A stretch of DNA of 54,587 bases from Planctomycetaceae bacterium (lineage in GTDB: Bacteria; Planctomycetota; Planctomycetia; Pirellulales; Thermoguttaceae). The stretch lies in the NCBI GenBank assembly GCA_031283515.1, contig JAITBS010000077.1, positions 1-54,587 on the forward strand, read 5' to 3'. Position numbers and translations under genes: made by a program. Of the stretch, positions 36,260-44,517 are shown in pieces (positions within the stretch are counted from its first letter, which is position 1; every line of letters starts with the position of its first letter). The notes below the pieces were generated by a model. That model was given only the letters and a program-made list of their open reading frames with translations, ran no database searches and had not been told where the DNA came from.

Positions 36260-36442
36260 CCACAACCCCAAAACATAACTGCCTATTTTTATCAACAGAG
36301 TCCGCAATGGATACAGATAAATATTTAGTCCGCAGATGACACAGATTTTCACCTACGGTCGCAACGGTTGAGTTTACTATTGTGTTGTACGCAGTGAGTC
36401 CTCCATTTCCGTCCGTTAACAGGGGCAAGTCGGTTATCGCCG

Positions 36443-36498
36443 TATTGTTTATTGTTTATTGTTTATTGTTTATTGTTTATTGTTTATTGTTTATTGTT
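36443..36498. repeat. Heptanucleotide microsatellite (TATTGTT)x8
   Basis: Eight perfect units counted by hand. Confidence 0.95.
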
Positions 36499-36592
36499 TA
36501 AAACGTTTCGGCGAAACGTTGGCTGCCTTTGGAGTCCATTGGTAAACAAATTGACGAATATTCCACTGATAGATTACAATTAATGAATCACT

Positions 36593-37027
36593 TTACTTTG
36601 GTGTTTTCATTAGTTTATACATTGGTTCGCTCAAGGTTTTTGAGGTTGCCTGAGTCATTTTGTCCGTCAGAACCATATCGAGTTGACTCTGAAAAATCTC
36701 TTCGGCACGACCGCCATGAAAATAGGGATTCTTTTCTTGTGTCGCCCGCATTGACTTGAGCATTTGACCAAACAATGTCTGACCAACAAATTGGTGTAAC
36801 ACTTCTCGGAAACGTTTTTCGTCGTCCGATTCGGATGTTTCCTCTTTGAACAACTCTTGACGAATATCTTGACGAGTCACTTCACTACCGTCCGCTCGTT
36901 CATAGATGTCTGGCGAAGTCGATGTTTTTGTTTGGAGAATTGCCGGAGCCTTCGGTGCTGAACCCAACACCGATTGCGTTTCATAAGCCGATGAAATCCC
37001 TGAAAAATTCAATATAGAAGAAAGCAT
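36593..37027 (-). CDS. Flagellar rod-binding protein (FlgJ N-terminal-domain-like)
   Basis: FVGQTLFGQMLKSMRAT...FHGGRAEEIFQSQLDMVLTDKM matches the Rod_binding-type motif. Lies downstream of flgI. Confidence 0.7.
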   Translation of the reverse strand: MLSSILNFSGISSAYETQSVLGSAPKAPAILQTKTSTSPDIYERADGSEVTRQDIRQELFKEETSESDDEKRFREVLHQFVGQTLFGQMLKSMRATQEKNPYFHGGRAEEIFQSQLDMVLTDKMTQATSKTLSEPMYKLMKTPK

Positions 37028-37033
37028 TTTTTT

Positions 37034-37172
37034 AGTTGATAGTTGAGAGTGGATAGTTAGTAGTGAATAGTTAGTAGTTAGTAGTGAATAGTGTACAGTA
37101 AACCGCTTGCGAACTCTCCACTATCCACTCTCAACTATCCACTATCCACTATCCACTCTCAACTATCAACTA
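37034..37172. repeat. Heptamer-arm palindrome between flgI and the rod-binding gene
   Basis: About 9 AGT-type heptamers, core ...GTACAGTAAACCGCTTGCGAAC, and about 9 ACT-type heptamers. The flgI TAG stop is in the last unit. Confidence 0.8.
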
Positions 37173-38336
37173 CTCAATATAATGTACGTCGCCAAGTAAG
37201 GCTCCTTGTTGTTCGAGAATTTTAATGATCTCAATCATGTCTTGCGGCGTAACACGAACCGCATCAAGTGATGCCTGTAACGCCTTCAATTTCTGATTTG
37301 TTACCGCTTCACCCATCATTTGCCGATATTTTATATCCGTATCAATATCAACAAATTGTTGCGGATTGACTTCCTGTTCGCCCGGCGGAACAGGCGGACG
37401 AATTTCTGCCACAATATTTTTATGTGTTACAACCGTCGGCTTCACCTCCACTCCTTCGTCAATCGAAATAATCCCAACCCGCTCATTAATAACCACTCGC
37501 GGCATCAACGGCTCAACAACCGTAATCTCAACATTCATCAGTTCAGAAACAAATCGTAACGGATGATCGAAATATTGTTTGGGAAGTTTGACAATAACAA
37601 AATGGGCATCAATTGCTTTGGCAATTGTTCCTCCATACCGTTGGTTTGCAGTAGTGGCGGCGGAAGTTTCCGGTTCGTTATCACCCCAGAATTGATTGAT
37701 GGCGTTGGCAACATAAATAGCCATACGCGGATCGGAAAATTCCCGTTTAATCACAAGTGTTAAATTTCCGTCTTCAACATACGGGTTGATGAAATTATCG
37801 GTGAGTCGGCAACCGCGTTTAATTTTACCGACATTGGGCGCACTGGTTTTCTCTATTGTAACTTTTCCCCACGCCGTACCCAACACTTCGGCTTCCTGTC
37901 CCCGCGGTAACAACGAAGTCAACATTGTTGCGGAAAGAACTCCGTTTTCAATACTTTTGGCATTGCCCACCGAAACCAACGTACAATCCAATAAATCTCC
38001 GTCACGTCCGCCGGTTGACGGAATCGTTGCGGTAACTTCGACTAAAGCGTTATTTTTTGAAACGCCAATACCTTTGGGAGAAGTATTAGGCATTCCGGAA
38101 AGTTCAAACATCCGCATAATTGTTCGGGCGGTTTGGTCGTAGGCTTTGGGGTCATCGCCGGTACCGTTGAGACCGCTGACAATTCCGTAACCGCGAATTG
38201 TTGTTGGTTCCTGTCCTTTGAGCCGCGTTACATTTTCAATCCGAAGCGGCGCCGCCAATAAACGGACGGTAAATAAGGAACAGAATATTGTGAATACAAA
38301 AATCCACAATAACCCCAATAATTTCTTGTTTCGCAT
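37170..38336 (-). CDS. flgI: Flagellar P-ring protein FlgI
   Basis: Signal peptide, RGYGIVSGLNGTGD and a typical C-terminal region. Confidence 0.95.
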   Translation of the reverse strand: MRNKKLLGLLWIFVFTIFCSLFTVRLLAAPLRIENVTRLKGQEPTTIRGYGIVSGLNGTGDDPKAYDQTARTIMRMFELSGMPNTSPKGIGVSKNNALVEVTATIPSTGGRDGDLLDCTLVSVGNAKSIENGVLSATMLTSLLPRGQEAEVLGTAWGKVTIEKTSAPNVGKIKRGCRLTDNFINPYVEDGNLTLVIKREFSDPRMAIYVANAINQFWGDNEPETSAATTANQRYGGTIAKAIDAHFVIVKLPKQYFDHPLRFVSELMNVEITVVEPLMPRVVINERVGIISIDEGVEVKPTVVTHKNIVAEIRPPVPPGEQEVNPQQFVDIDTDIKYRQMMGEAVTNQKLKALQASLDAVRVTPQDMIEIIKILEQQGALLGDVHYIE

Positions 38337-38343
38337 AATACAA

Positions 38344-38486
38344 GTTAGTGAATAGTGAATAGTTAGTAGTGAATAGTGGATAGTTAATAGTGAATAGTTA
38401 ATAGTGTTACAAGTAGAATCTTTATTATTACGATTGTAATCCGCTTGCGCAACTCTCCACTCTCCACTATCAACTCTCCACTACTA
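38344..38486. repeat. Heptamer-arm palindrome between flgH and flgI
   Basis: About 10 AGT-type heptamers, a loop with ...GTAATCCGCTTGCGCAAC, and 5 ACT-type heptamers. The flgH TAG stop is in the last unit. Confidence 0.8.
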
Positions 38487-39182
38487 AAGCGGTTTCCAGT
38501 GTTCGATCAATCTTGCTCCCCAAGTACGGCGGACAGCATCGTAGGAACTGCCGCTCGGAATTTCTTTGTAAACAAGATCATCAATTTTGTTACTTTCAAT
38601 TGTGTTGCCTTGTCCGATATCTTCCGGTCGTATGTAACCGCTGATATACATGATCTTGCCTTCCTCACCAATATTGGACGAAAATGTTCCTTCAATAAAC
38701 AAATTTCCATTATCCTGAATTGATGTAACATGACAAGAGATATGAAAATCCAATGTTTCTTTTCGCAACAAATTTCCTTGATTCTGAGTTTTGTGGTCGA
38801 GTTCGCCGCCGATTTCCGGCAAGGAAGCATCCGATTTAACCGGCATGGAAAAAAGATCAGGCCACTTAAACCAACCGGAAATTTTCGCACTGGTTTTGAT
38901 GCTTTTTTTCCGTTGGTTATTCGCAACATTATTGTAATTCCAATTCTGTTTGTAGTGTACATGAATAATTTCTTGTTCCTTGTACACTTTTTGTCGCGGA
39001 GCCGCTTCCCACGTCAACGACACTTCCGCCATTTTCAACGGTTTGCCGTTCTCACGATTCAACACCGCCGAACCACCCAATGAACCGGACTGCGCAAAAA
39101 TATCGGGAACAATAAACAAAATATAAAAAAACAAACAGTAAATCAAAAATCGTGATTGGCAAATAATACTTTTTAACATCAT
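38484..39182 (-). CDS. flgH: Flagellar L-ring protein FlgH
   Basis: Signal sequence. ...FIEGTFSSNIGEEGKIMYISGYIRPEDIGQGNTIESNKIDD matches the FlgH C-terminal signature. Confidence 0.9.
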   Translation of the reverse strand: MMLKSIICQSRFLIYCLFFYILFIVPDIFAQSGSLGGSAVLNRENGKPLKMAEVSLTWEAAPRQKVYKEQEIIHVHYKQNWNYNNVANNQRKKSIKTSAKISGWFKWPDLFSMPVKSDASLPEIGGELDHKTQNQGNLLRKETLDFHISCHVTSIQDNGNLFIEGTFSSNIGEEGKIMYISGYIRPEDIGQGNTIESNKIDDLVYKEIPSGSSYDAVRRTWGARLIEHWKPL

Positions 39183-39209
39183 TCTTCTCCTGTTATTCCG
39201 GTATTTATC

Positions 39210-39336
39210 AATCCGCAGATTGCGCAGATTTTCGCTGATTGTTGAAACAAAATATTCTCCAATGAAACAAATTTTTACTGATTATTATAGAAACAAATTC
39301 AAACTAATTAGTGAAAATCTGCGTCATCTGCGGATT
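39210..39336. repeat. Inverted pair of TCCGCAGAT-family repeats flanking ~70 bp (MITE-like)
   Basis: AATCCGCAGATTGCGCAGATTTTCGCTGATT (39210-39240) against GTGAAAATCTGCGTCATCTGCGGATT (39311-39336). Confidence 0.75.
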
Positions 39337-39360
39337 AAAATGGATATAAATTTGTGTACA

Positions 39361-40590
39361 TCATTTACCGACAATAATACCGCTGGCGAAAACTTCAACC
39401 GTTTTCGGTTCACAAACTCGTGCAAGAAATGTTGATGTTTCGGCTTTTGAGTTTAGGGTGTTACGTTTTCCGTTATTGGGTCGAATTGTTTCAATCGGGA
39501 TGGTATCACCTTGTGTACCGTCATTTTTCGCAACACCTTCGGTACGTACGGAAATTCCGTTATTCAGCAGCCGGACAGTAACAATATCACCTTTGTGAAC
39601 CCATGTCGGTTTTTTGATCATTGCCGAAGTCAGAATACTCCGTTCCCGCACAGCACAGGTTGTTTCCTGCCCGATCACCTCCGTAAAATCAACGAAAAAG
39701 TTTTCTTCCCGAAGATTTTCGATACGCCGGAGCATGACATCGGATTCGCTGATAATGTAACCTTTCGGCAGTGAACGCCGTACCACAACAATCTGTTGCG
39801 GTAATTCAATTACGGTATCCACTGTTACAATAACATTTTGTTCTGTTGCCGGATCCAGTTTTTGCATTCGGATACTAAACTGTTGACGACTTGATGAAGG
39901 ATTCCATTGATCCAATGAACCACCGAAAATTTCCTCAATCTGTCCGCTTGTGGCAAACAATCGGGCTTGATCTTGTGTTAATTTTACCGTAACTTTCCAT
40001 GGATCATTTGAGATTTTTCCTGTTTCAATTGTTGTACAATGATTCAGGTAAGCAACAATGGCATCAGCAATTTGTTGTTCCAATGTTTTAATCAGTTGTG
40101 GAGTTACCGATTCTTTTCGAAGCGGATTAACGGCAGGTATTACTGATGATGTTAAATTTGAAGTTGTTTTCTCATAAGTGTACGATGCGGGAACAATCAC
40201 CGAATCATTGTTCAATTCGTTGACCACAACAATTTTGGCAGCTCCGGTCAGTTGATGTTGTACAGAACTGAAACCTAGACGGGATAAAATGTCACGCAAT
40301 TCAATCCGTTCCACTGTTCGCCGTTCACCTCGTACCGGAGCAGTAAACAAAACAGTTTGCTGTAATTGGTTGGTCTGTTGAATCGGCTCATTGGCTGCCG
40401 GAATAATTTCCGCAACATCAGGCAATGTTACAAGATTTTGCGAACAACGTACCGGTTCTGCCCGAAGCCGTATTTCAGCACCTAAGGAGTGAAACATAAA
40501 ACCGGAATCACCAACCGTAACAAAAATAACCGGAAAAAATATAGAAAACAAAAAATACGGCAATAATAAATGTTGCATTTTTTTTGACAT
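39361..40590 (-). CDS. flgA: FlgA-like flagellar P-ring assembly chaperone (long form)
   Basis: The C-terminal SAF/FlgA-type region (WVHKGDIVTV...GISVRTEGVAKNDGTQGDTIPIE) supports the call. Start set at the ATG after GAGG. The N-terminal ~250 aa are unassigned. Confidence 0.7.
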   Translation of the reverse strand: MSKKMQHLLLPYFLFSIFFPVIFVTVGDSGFMFHSLGAEIRLRAEPVRCSQNLVTLPDVAEIIPAANEPIQQTNQLQQTVLFTAPVRGERRTVERIELRDILSRLGFSSVQHQLTGAAKIVVVNELNNDSVIVPASYTYEKTTSNLTSSVIPAVNPLRKESVTPQLIKTLEQQIADAIVAYLNHCTTIETGKISNDPWKVTVKLTQDQARLFATSGQIEEIFGGSLDQWNPSSSRQQFSIRMQKLDPATEQNVIVTVDTVIELPQQIVVVRRSLPKGYIISESDVMLRRIENLREENFFVDFTEVIGQETTCAVRERSILTSAMIKKPTWVHKGDIVTVRLLNNGISVRTEGVAKNDGTQGDTIPIETIRPNNGKRNTLNSKAETSTFLARVCEPKTVEVFASGIIVGK

Positions 40591-40678
40591 AATAACCTCA
40601 TTAACCGGATAATCCCAGTGTTTCAATATTTGATATTCGTGATTTTAATATTTTACAAAAATAAATTTTCCCAATAAT

Positions 40679-40726
40679 CCACACTCTCCGCTCTCAACTC
40701 TCAACTCTCCGCTATCAACTATTATT
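40679..40726. repeat. Single ACT-type heptamer arm next to the flgG stop
   Basis: CCACACTCTCCGCTCTCAACTCTCAACTCTCCGCTATCAACTATTATT. Confidence 0.65.
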
Positions 40727-41533
40727 CTATCGTTTGATGCTGATAACTGTTTGTAACAATTGATCGCCGGTTTGAGTTGCTTTGCTATTGAGTTCGTAAG
40801 CCCGTTGTGAAGTGATCATATCGACCAGTTCAATGACCGGTGAAACGTTTGACATTTCAAGGTGTTGTGATTTCAACATTCCCGTACCGTTAATGCCGGG
40901 GTTATTCAAGACTGCGGGACCGGAAGATTGTGTTTCTCGATACATATTTTCACCGACGCGGAGTAAACCTTCGGGATTGATAAAGGCTGCCAGTTCGATT
41001 TGGGCGATATTTTGAAGTTGCTGAACTTCCCCGTTTTGTACGACCCAAACAATACCGCTGTCATCAATCTGAACTTTTTGAACACCATCAGGGATTTGGA
41101 CATTCGGTACGAGTAAACGTCCGGTGTGGCTACTTCCGAGAACCAACATACCGGTTGGATTAACACTGAAATTTCCTGCCCGTGTGTAAAAAGTCTCCCC
41201 TGAAAACGGATCAGTACACTGAAAAAAACCGTCCCCCGTAATTGCCACATCAAGATCACGTCCTGTTTCTGTCAATGAACCTTCGGAAAAGACGGACTGA
41301 ACACTTGTTACACGAGTTCCCACTCCAATCGCAATACCGGTTGCGCCAAATTCTCCGTTAACATCCTGCGAACCCGGATAACGCAGGTTATCGTAATACA
41401 AATCCTCGAAGTTGCAACGTTGTTTTTTATACGCGGTTGTTTCCATATTCGAGAGATTATTGGCGATGGTGTTGAGCTTTTTTTCCATGCCCAACATACC
41501 GGTTCCTGATGTATAAATCGTTTGAAAAGGCAT
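40727..41533 (-). CDS. flgG: Flagellar basal-body rod protein FlgG
   Basis: N-terminal SGTGMLGMEKKLNTIANNLSNMETTAYKK and C-terminal LEMSNV....LV.MI..QRAYE.NSK. Confidence 0.95.
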   Translation of the reverse strand: MPFQTIYTSGTGMLGMEKKLNTIANNLSNMETTAYKKQRCNFEDLYYDNLRYPGSQDVNGEFGATGIAIGVGTRVTSVQSVFSEGSLTETGRDLDVAITGDGFFQCTDPFSGETFYTRAGNFSVNPTGMLVLGSSHTGRLLVPNVQIPDGVQKVQIDDSGIVWVVQNGEVQQLQNIAQIELAAFINPEGLLRVGENMYRETQSSGPAVLNNPGINGTGMLKSQHLEMSNVSPVIELVDMITSQRAYELNSKATQTGDQLLQTVISIKR

Positions 41534-41850
41534 ATTTCTGGTAATTAATTACGAATACGATGGACAACAAACGAGACAAATAAATTAATGGCTTCACACT
41601 TTGGGTTTCTCTGAATGATAAAATTCTCTACCATTTATATCGGTTATTTTGAATTTACTCATTAAATAGAATGGATAAAATTTAACGATTTTTCCGATTT
41701 TTTTTGCAGCCTTGCCTGAATTAACATCAGGTTTTGCCCTGCTATTGAGTTGTTTTTCACGGAAAAAATTCACAATAAATAGAATCAAAATAACGTAAGT
41801 CCTTTTGTTTATTATATGTTATAAAGAATAAGATTAGTATTGAATTTTGG

Positions 41851-42147
41851 GTAATCTATCAGCGGCATTATTATTTTTCCCATTAGCCCCGATAGGGGCG
41901 TCAGGATTATAGCCCGCCCCAACGGGGTGGGTTTAAGTTCTTCTCCAACCTAACGCCCTGAAAGGGCAGTGGTTAGTTAATAGTTGATAGTGAATAGTTA
42001 ATAGTTGCGCAAGCGGAGTACTACCGTTTGGGTAAATAGGACGCTTGCGGCACTATTCACTATTCACTCATAACTATTCACTAATATCCAGCCCTTTCAG
42101 GGCGAATACCTTTTTAACCTCAAACAAAAATTCCACTGATATATTAC
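41851..42147. mobile_element. MITE-like composite: terminal motifs, GC hairpin modules and a heptamer-arm palindrome
   Basis: GTAATCTATCAGCGGCAT ... ATTCCACTGATATATTAC. The 41851-41970 part is the reverse complement of 115-237. Confidence 0.75.
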
Positions 42148-42177
42148 CTAAATAGATACAAAATTTTTTCAGTGGGC

Positions 42178-42206
42178 TTGACATATTTTTTGTTTTCGTG
42201 TATTAT
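42178..42206 (+). promoter_or_regulatory. Sigma-70-like promoter TTGACA-N17-TATTAT
   Basis: Perfect -35, 17-nt spacer and a 5/6 -10. Lies about 440 nt upstream of the DUF1559 gene. Confidence 0.55.
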
Positions 42207-42654
42207 CTCGACGTAAAGATTTTAGTTTTTTAATTTTCAATATTTGGAGATCAAATTACGTTTTGAAAAATAAGTTGCCCGAATTTTTGTTCGGGTGTTA
42301 AAAAATCGAGTACGTCAACTATTACGAAATCGCTTAGGCGAACTGTAATTTTCTACACTGCGACCGGATTTTCCGGGTAGAAAATTACCAGATTGATAGA
42401 GTTGCGTGGCTCCTGTTAAGGGAGTGCCGCGTATCAATCTATGGGTATAATTCTGCGTTATATTTTAAAACTATAATGCACCACTTTCGCAGGTGGGAAT
42501 GAACCTATTTTCGTAATCGTGTCGCTCCTAAGTCTAAGAGTGATATTCTGTTGCCGTTTCTCGGTGTTGCGTTTTTTCCCACTTTACGATAAAAACAGAT
42601 TATACGTTACATAATCTATTTAAATGTACCCTTTTTTTCATAAGGAGTATAACT

Positions 42655-43821
42655 ATGAAAAAAACAACTATTTTCGCTTTTACGTTGGTAGAATTATTGG
42701 TGGTGATTGCGATTATCGGCATGTTAATTGCATTACTGTTACCTGCTGTTCAGGCGGCACGCGAGGCAGCACGGCGAATGCAATGCTCAAACCACCTCAA
42801 ACAAATGGGAATTGGCATCCACAACTTCAATGATGTTCAAAATGCCTTACCACCTTCCAATTACTTTGATAGTTATCACGTAACCCTTTGGGTTTTCCTT
42901 TTCCCTTATATTGAACAACAGGCATTGTGGGATTATTTTCACGAATATGCCACACCTGCCGATTGGGGACGATTATCCAGCCACCGTGACCGTTGGGATT
43001 GGGGGCCCACTTCACCCAATGGTTATCCGCAAAATATGCGTGACGCGATGAGTAGTATTCCGATTTACCGTTGCCCCACTCGCCGATCCAGTGGTCCCAA
43101 TATGACACCACTGATGAGTTTTACTTCTGAAAATCCAGGACCACAAATTGACTATGCCTTCGTCTTTTCTTCCAAATCCACTGCGGACGATTCTGGAGGA
43201 GATATCCCTTGGTGGTCAATGGGTTATTCGTTAAAAAAAGGAGGTCCCGTTGAACCCAATCGCCCTATGGAACCAATGATTTGCAGCCCATTTAAACGAG
43301 CCGCTTTAGCAACAGGTGATCCACTCGATACTTCAGGTGATTTAACTGATCCCGGTGCCGGTACAGAAAAAGGGAACCAGATCCGTAATGGTTCTTTTGA
43401 ATGTCGTGTTTTATTGGCTGCTGTAACAGACGGATTATCAAACCAAATTTTTATTGGTGAAAAACACATTCCTATTGGTCGTCTTGGTGTTTGTAGTTCC
43501 AACGGTTGGAATGCTGGTGATTGTTCCTATTTAGTCAACGGAGGTTGGGCAGCGTTCAGTCCAATGCGATATTTTCATACAGGGTTTCGTGAAGCCCCAA
43601 TCGCCCGCCCCAATGATTATAGTGAAAATGATCCTTACGTTATTGCCAATCCGACATTAGGCAGTCCAGAACGTCTTGGGTTTGGTAGTTGGCATCCGGG
43701 AATTTGTCAATTTTTAATCGGTGATGGAAGTGTCCACTCACTGTCGATAACTACTCCTGTATCGAATATCCTTAAACCACTTTCGTTTATGGACGACGGC
43801 GAATCTGTCACATTACCGTAA
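42655..43821 (+). CDS. DUF1559-family protein with a prepilin-type N-terminal cleavage/methylation domain
   Basis: AAGGAG SD sequence. [42 protein letters not shown] and the C-terminal GDGSVHSL motif. Confidence 0.9.
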   Translation: MKKTTIFAFTLVELLVVIAIIGMLIALLLPAVQAAREAARRMQCSNHLKQMGIGIHNFNDVQNALPPSNYFDSYHVTLWVFLFPYIEQQALWDYFHEYATPADWGRLSSHRDRWDWGPTSPNGYPQNMRDAMSSIPIYRCPTRRSSGPNMTPLMSFTSENPGPQIDYAFVFSSKSTADDSGGDIPWWSMGYSLKKGGPVEPNRPMEPMICSPFKRAALATGDPLDTSGDLTDPGAGTEKGNQIRNGSFECRVLLAAVTDGLSNQIFIGEKHIPIGRLGVCSSNGWNAGDCSYLVNGGWAAFSPMRYFHTGFREAPIARPNDYSENDPYVIANPTLGSPERLGFGSWHPGICQFLIGDGSVHSLSITTPVSNILKPLSFMDDGESVTLP

Positions 43822-43846
43822 TTATAATTTAAAATCTCAATGATTC

Positions 43847-44214
43847 GTAATATATCAGTGAAATTTTTTTTGAATTGGTTTACTGTTGGAAATTACAAGG
43901 TAGGCAACTGAAAGGTAGGCGATTAACAGGTAGGCGACCTTATGTCGAAGGGTTGCGAACCCACGGTCGCAACGGTTGGTTTTTCATTTCCGTCCGCCAA
44001 CAGGGTCAAGTCGGCGAGTACGCCGACCAACGGTGGGTGAAAACCCTTCGGCGAAACGTTGGCTACCTTTGGAGTTCCACTGGAGTGAAAATCGAAAAAT
44101 AATAATTCCACGCCGGCAATCTGAGTTGGATTGCCGGCAATCTGACTCCAAAGGTAGGCGACCTTGTAATTGCCAACTGTAAACAAATTCAAAAATATTC
44201 CACTGATAGATTAC
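43847..44214. mobile_element. Largest MITE-like mosaic element with GTAATATATCAGTGAAAT / ATTCCACTGATAGATTAC termini
   Basis: Contains AGGTAGGCRAC repeats, the GGTCGCAACGGTTGG...GTCGGCGAGTACGCCGAC module shared with 4169-4380, and tandem GCCGGCAATCTGA. Confidence 0.7.
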
Positions 44215-44517
44215 GAAAATCTTGACAATCCAGAAGGTTTGGTAATATCGTTATTTTCCGTTAAATTTGTTTTTTTCATATAAATAATTCGTAAAATTCC
44301 AATCAGTTCTATTGAAGTGGGAATTTTTTTTTGTCGAAAAAAAACGTAGGCGTTCTCTTGTAATCTTATTGCCAATATGCAAAATACAAAAATTAGGAAA
44401 AATATAAAATTTATTATAGGAATAAGTTGAAATTTTGATTTTACAAGATATGCTATAGAATAATAGTTCCATTCGGTTTATTTTAAATTCACCTTTCTTG
44501 CAAATTGGAGCGGTAAG

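Noticed and set aside
36005-36428. Minus-strand ORFs (115, 81 and 64 aa) overlapping the methyltransferase 3' end and repeat region
   Set aside because: They overlap a well-supported plus-strand CDS or repeat DNA, and no motifs are present.
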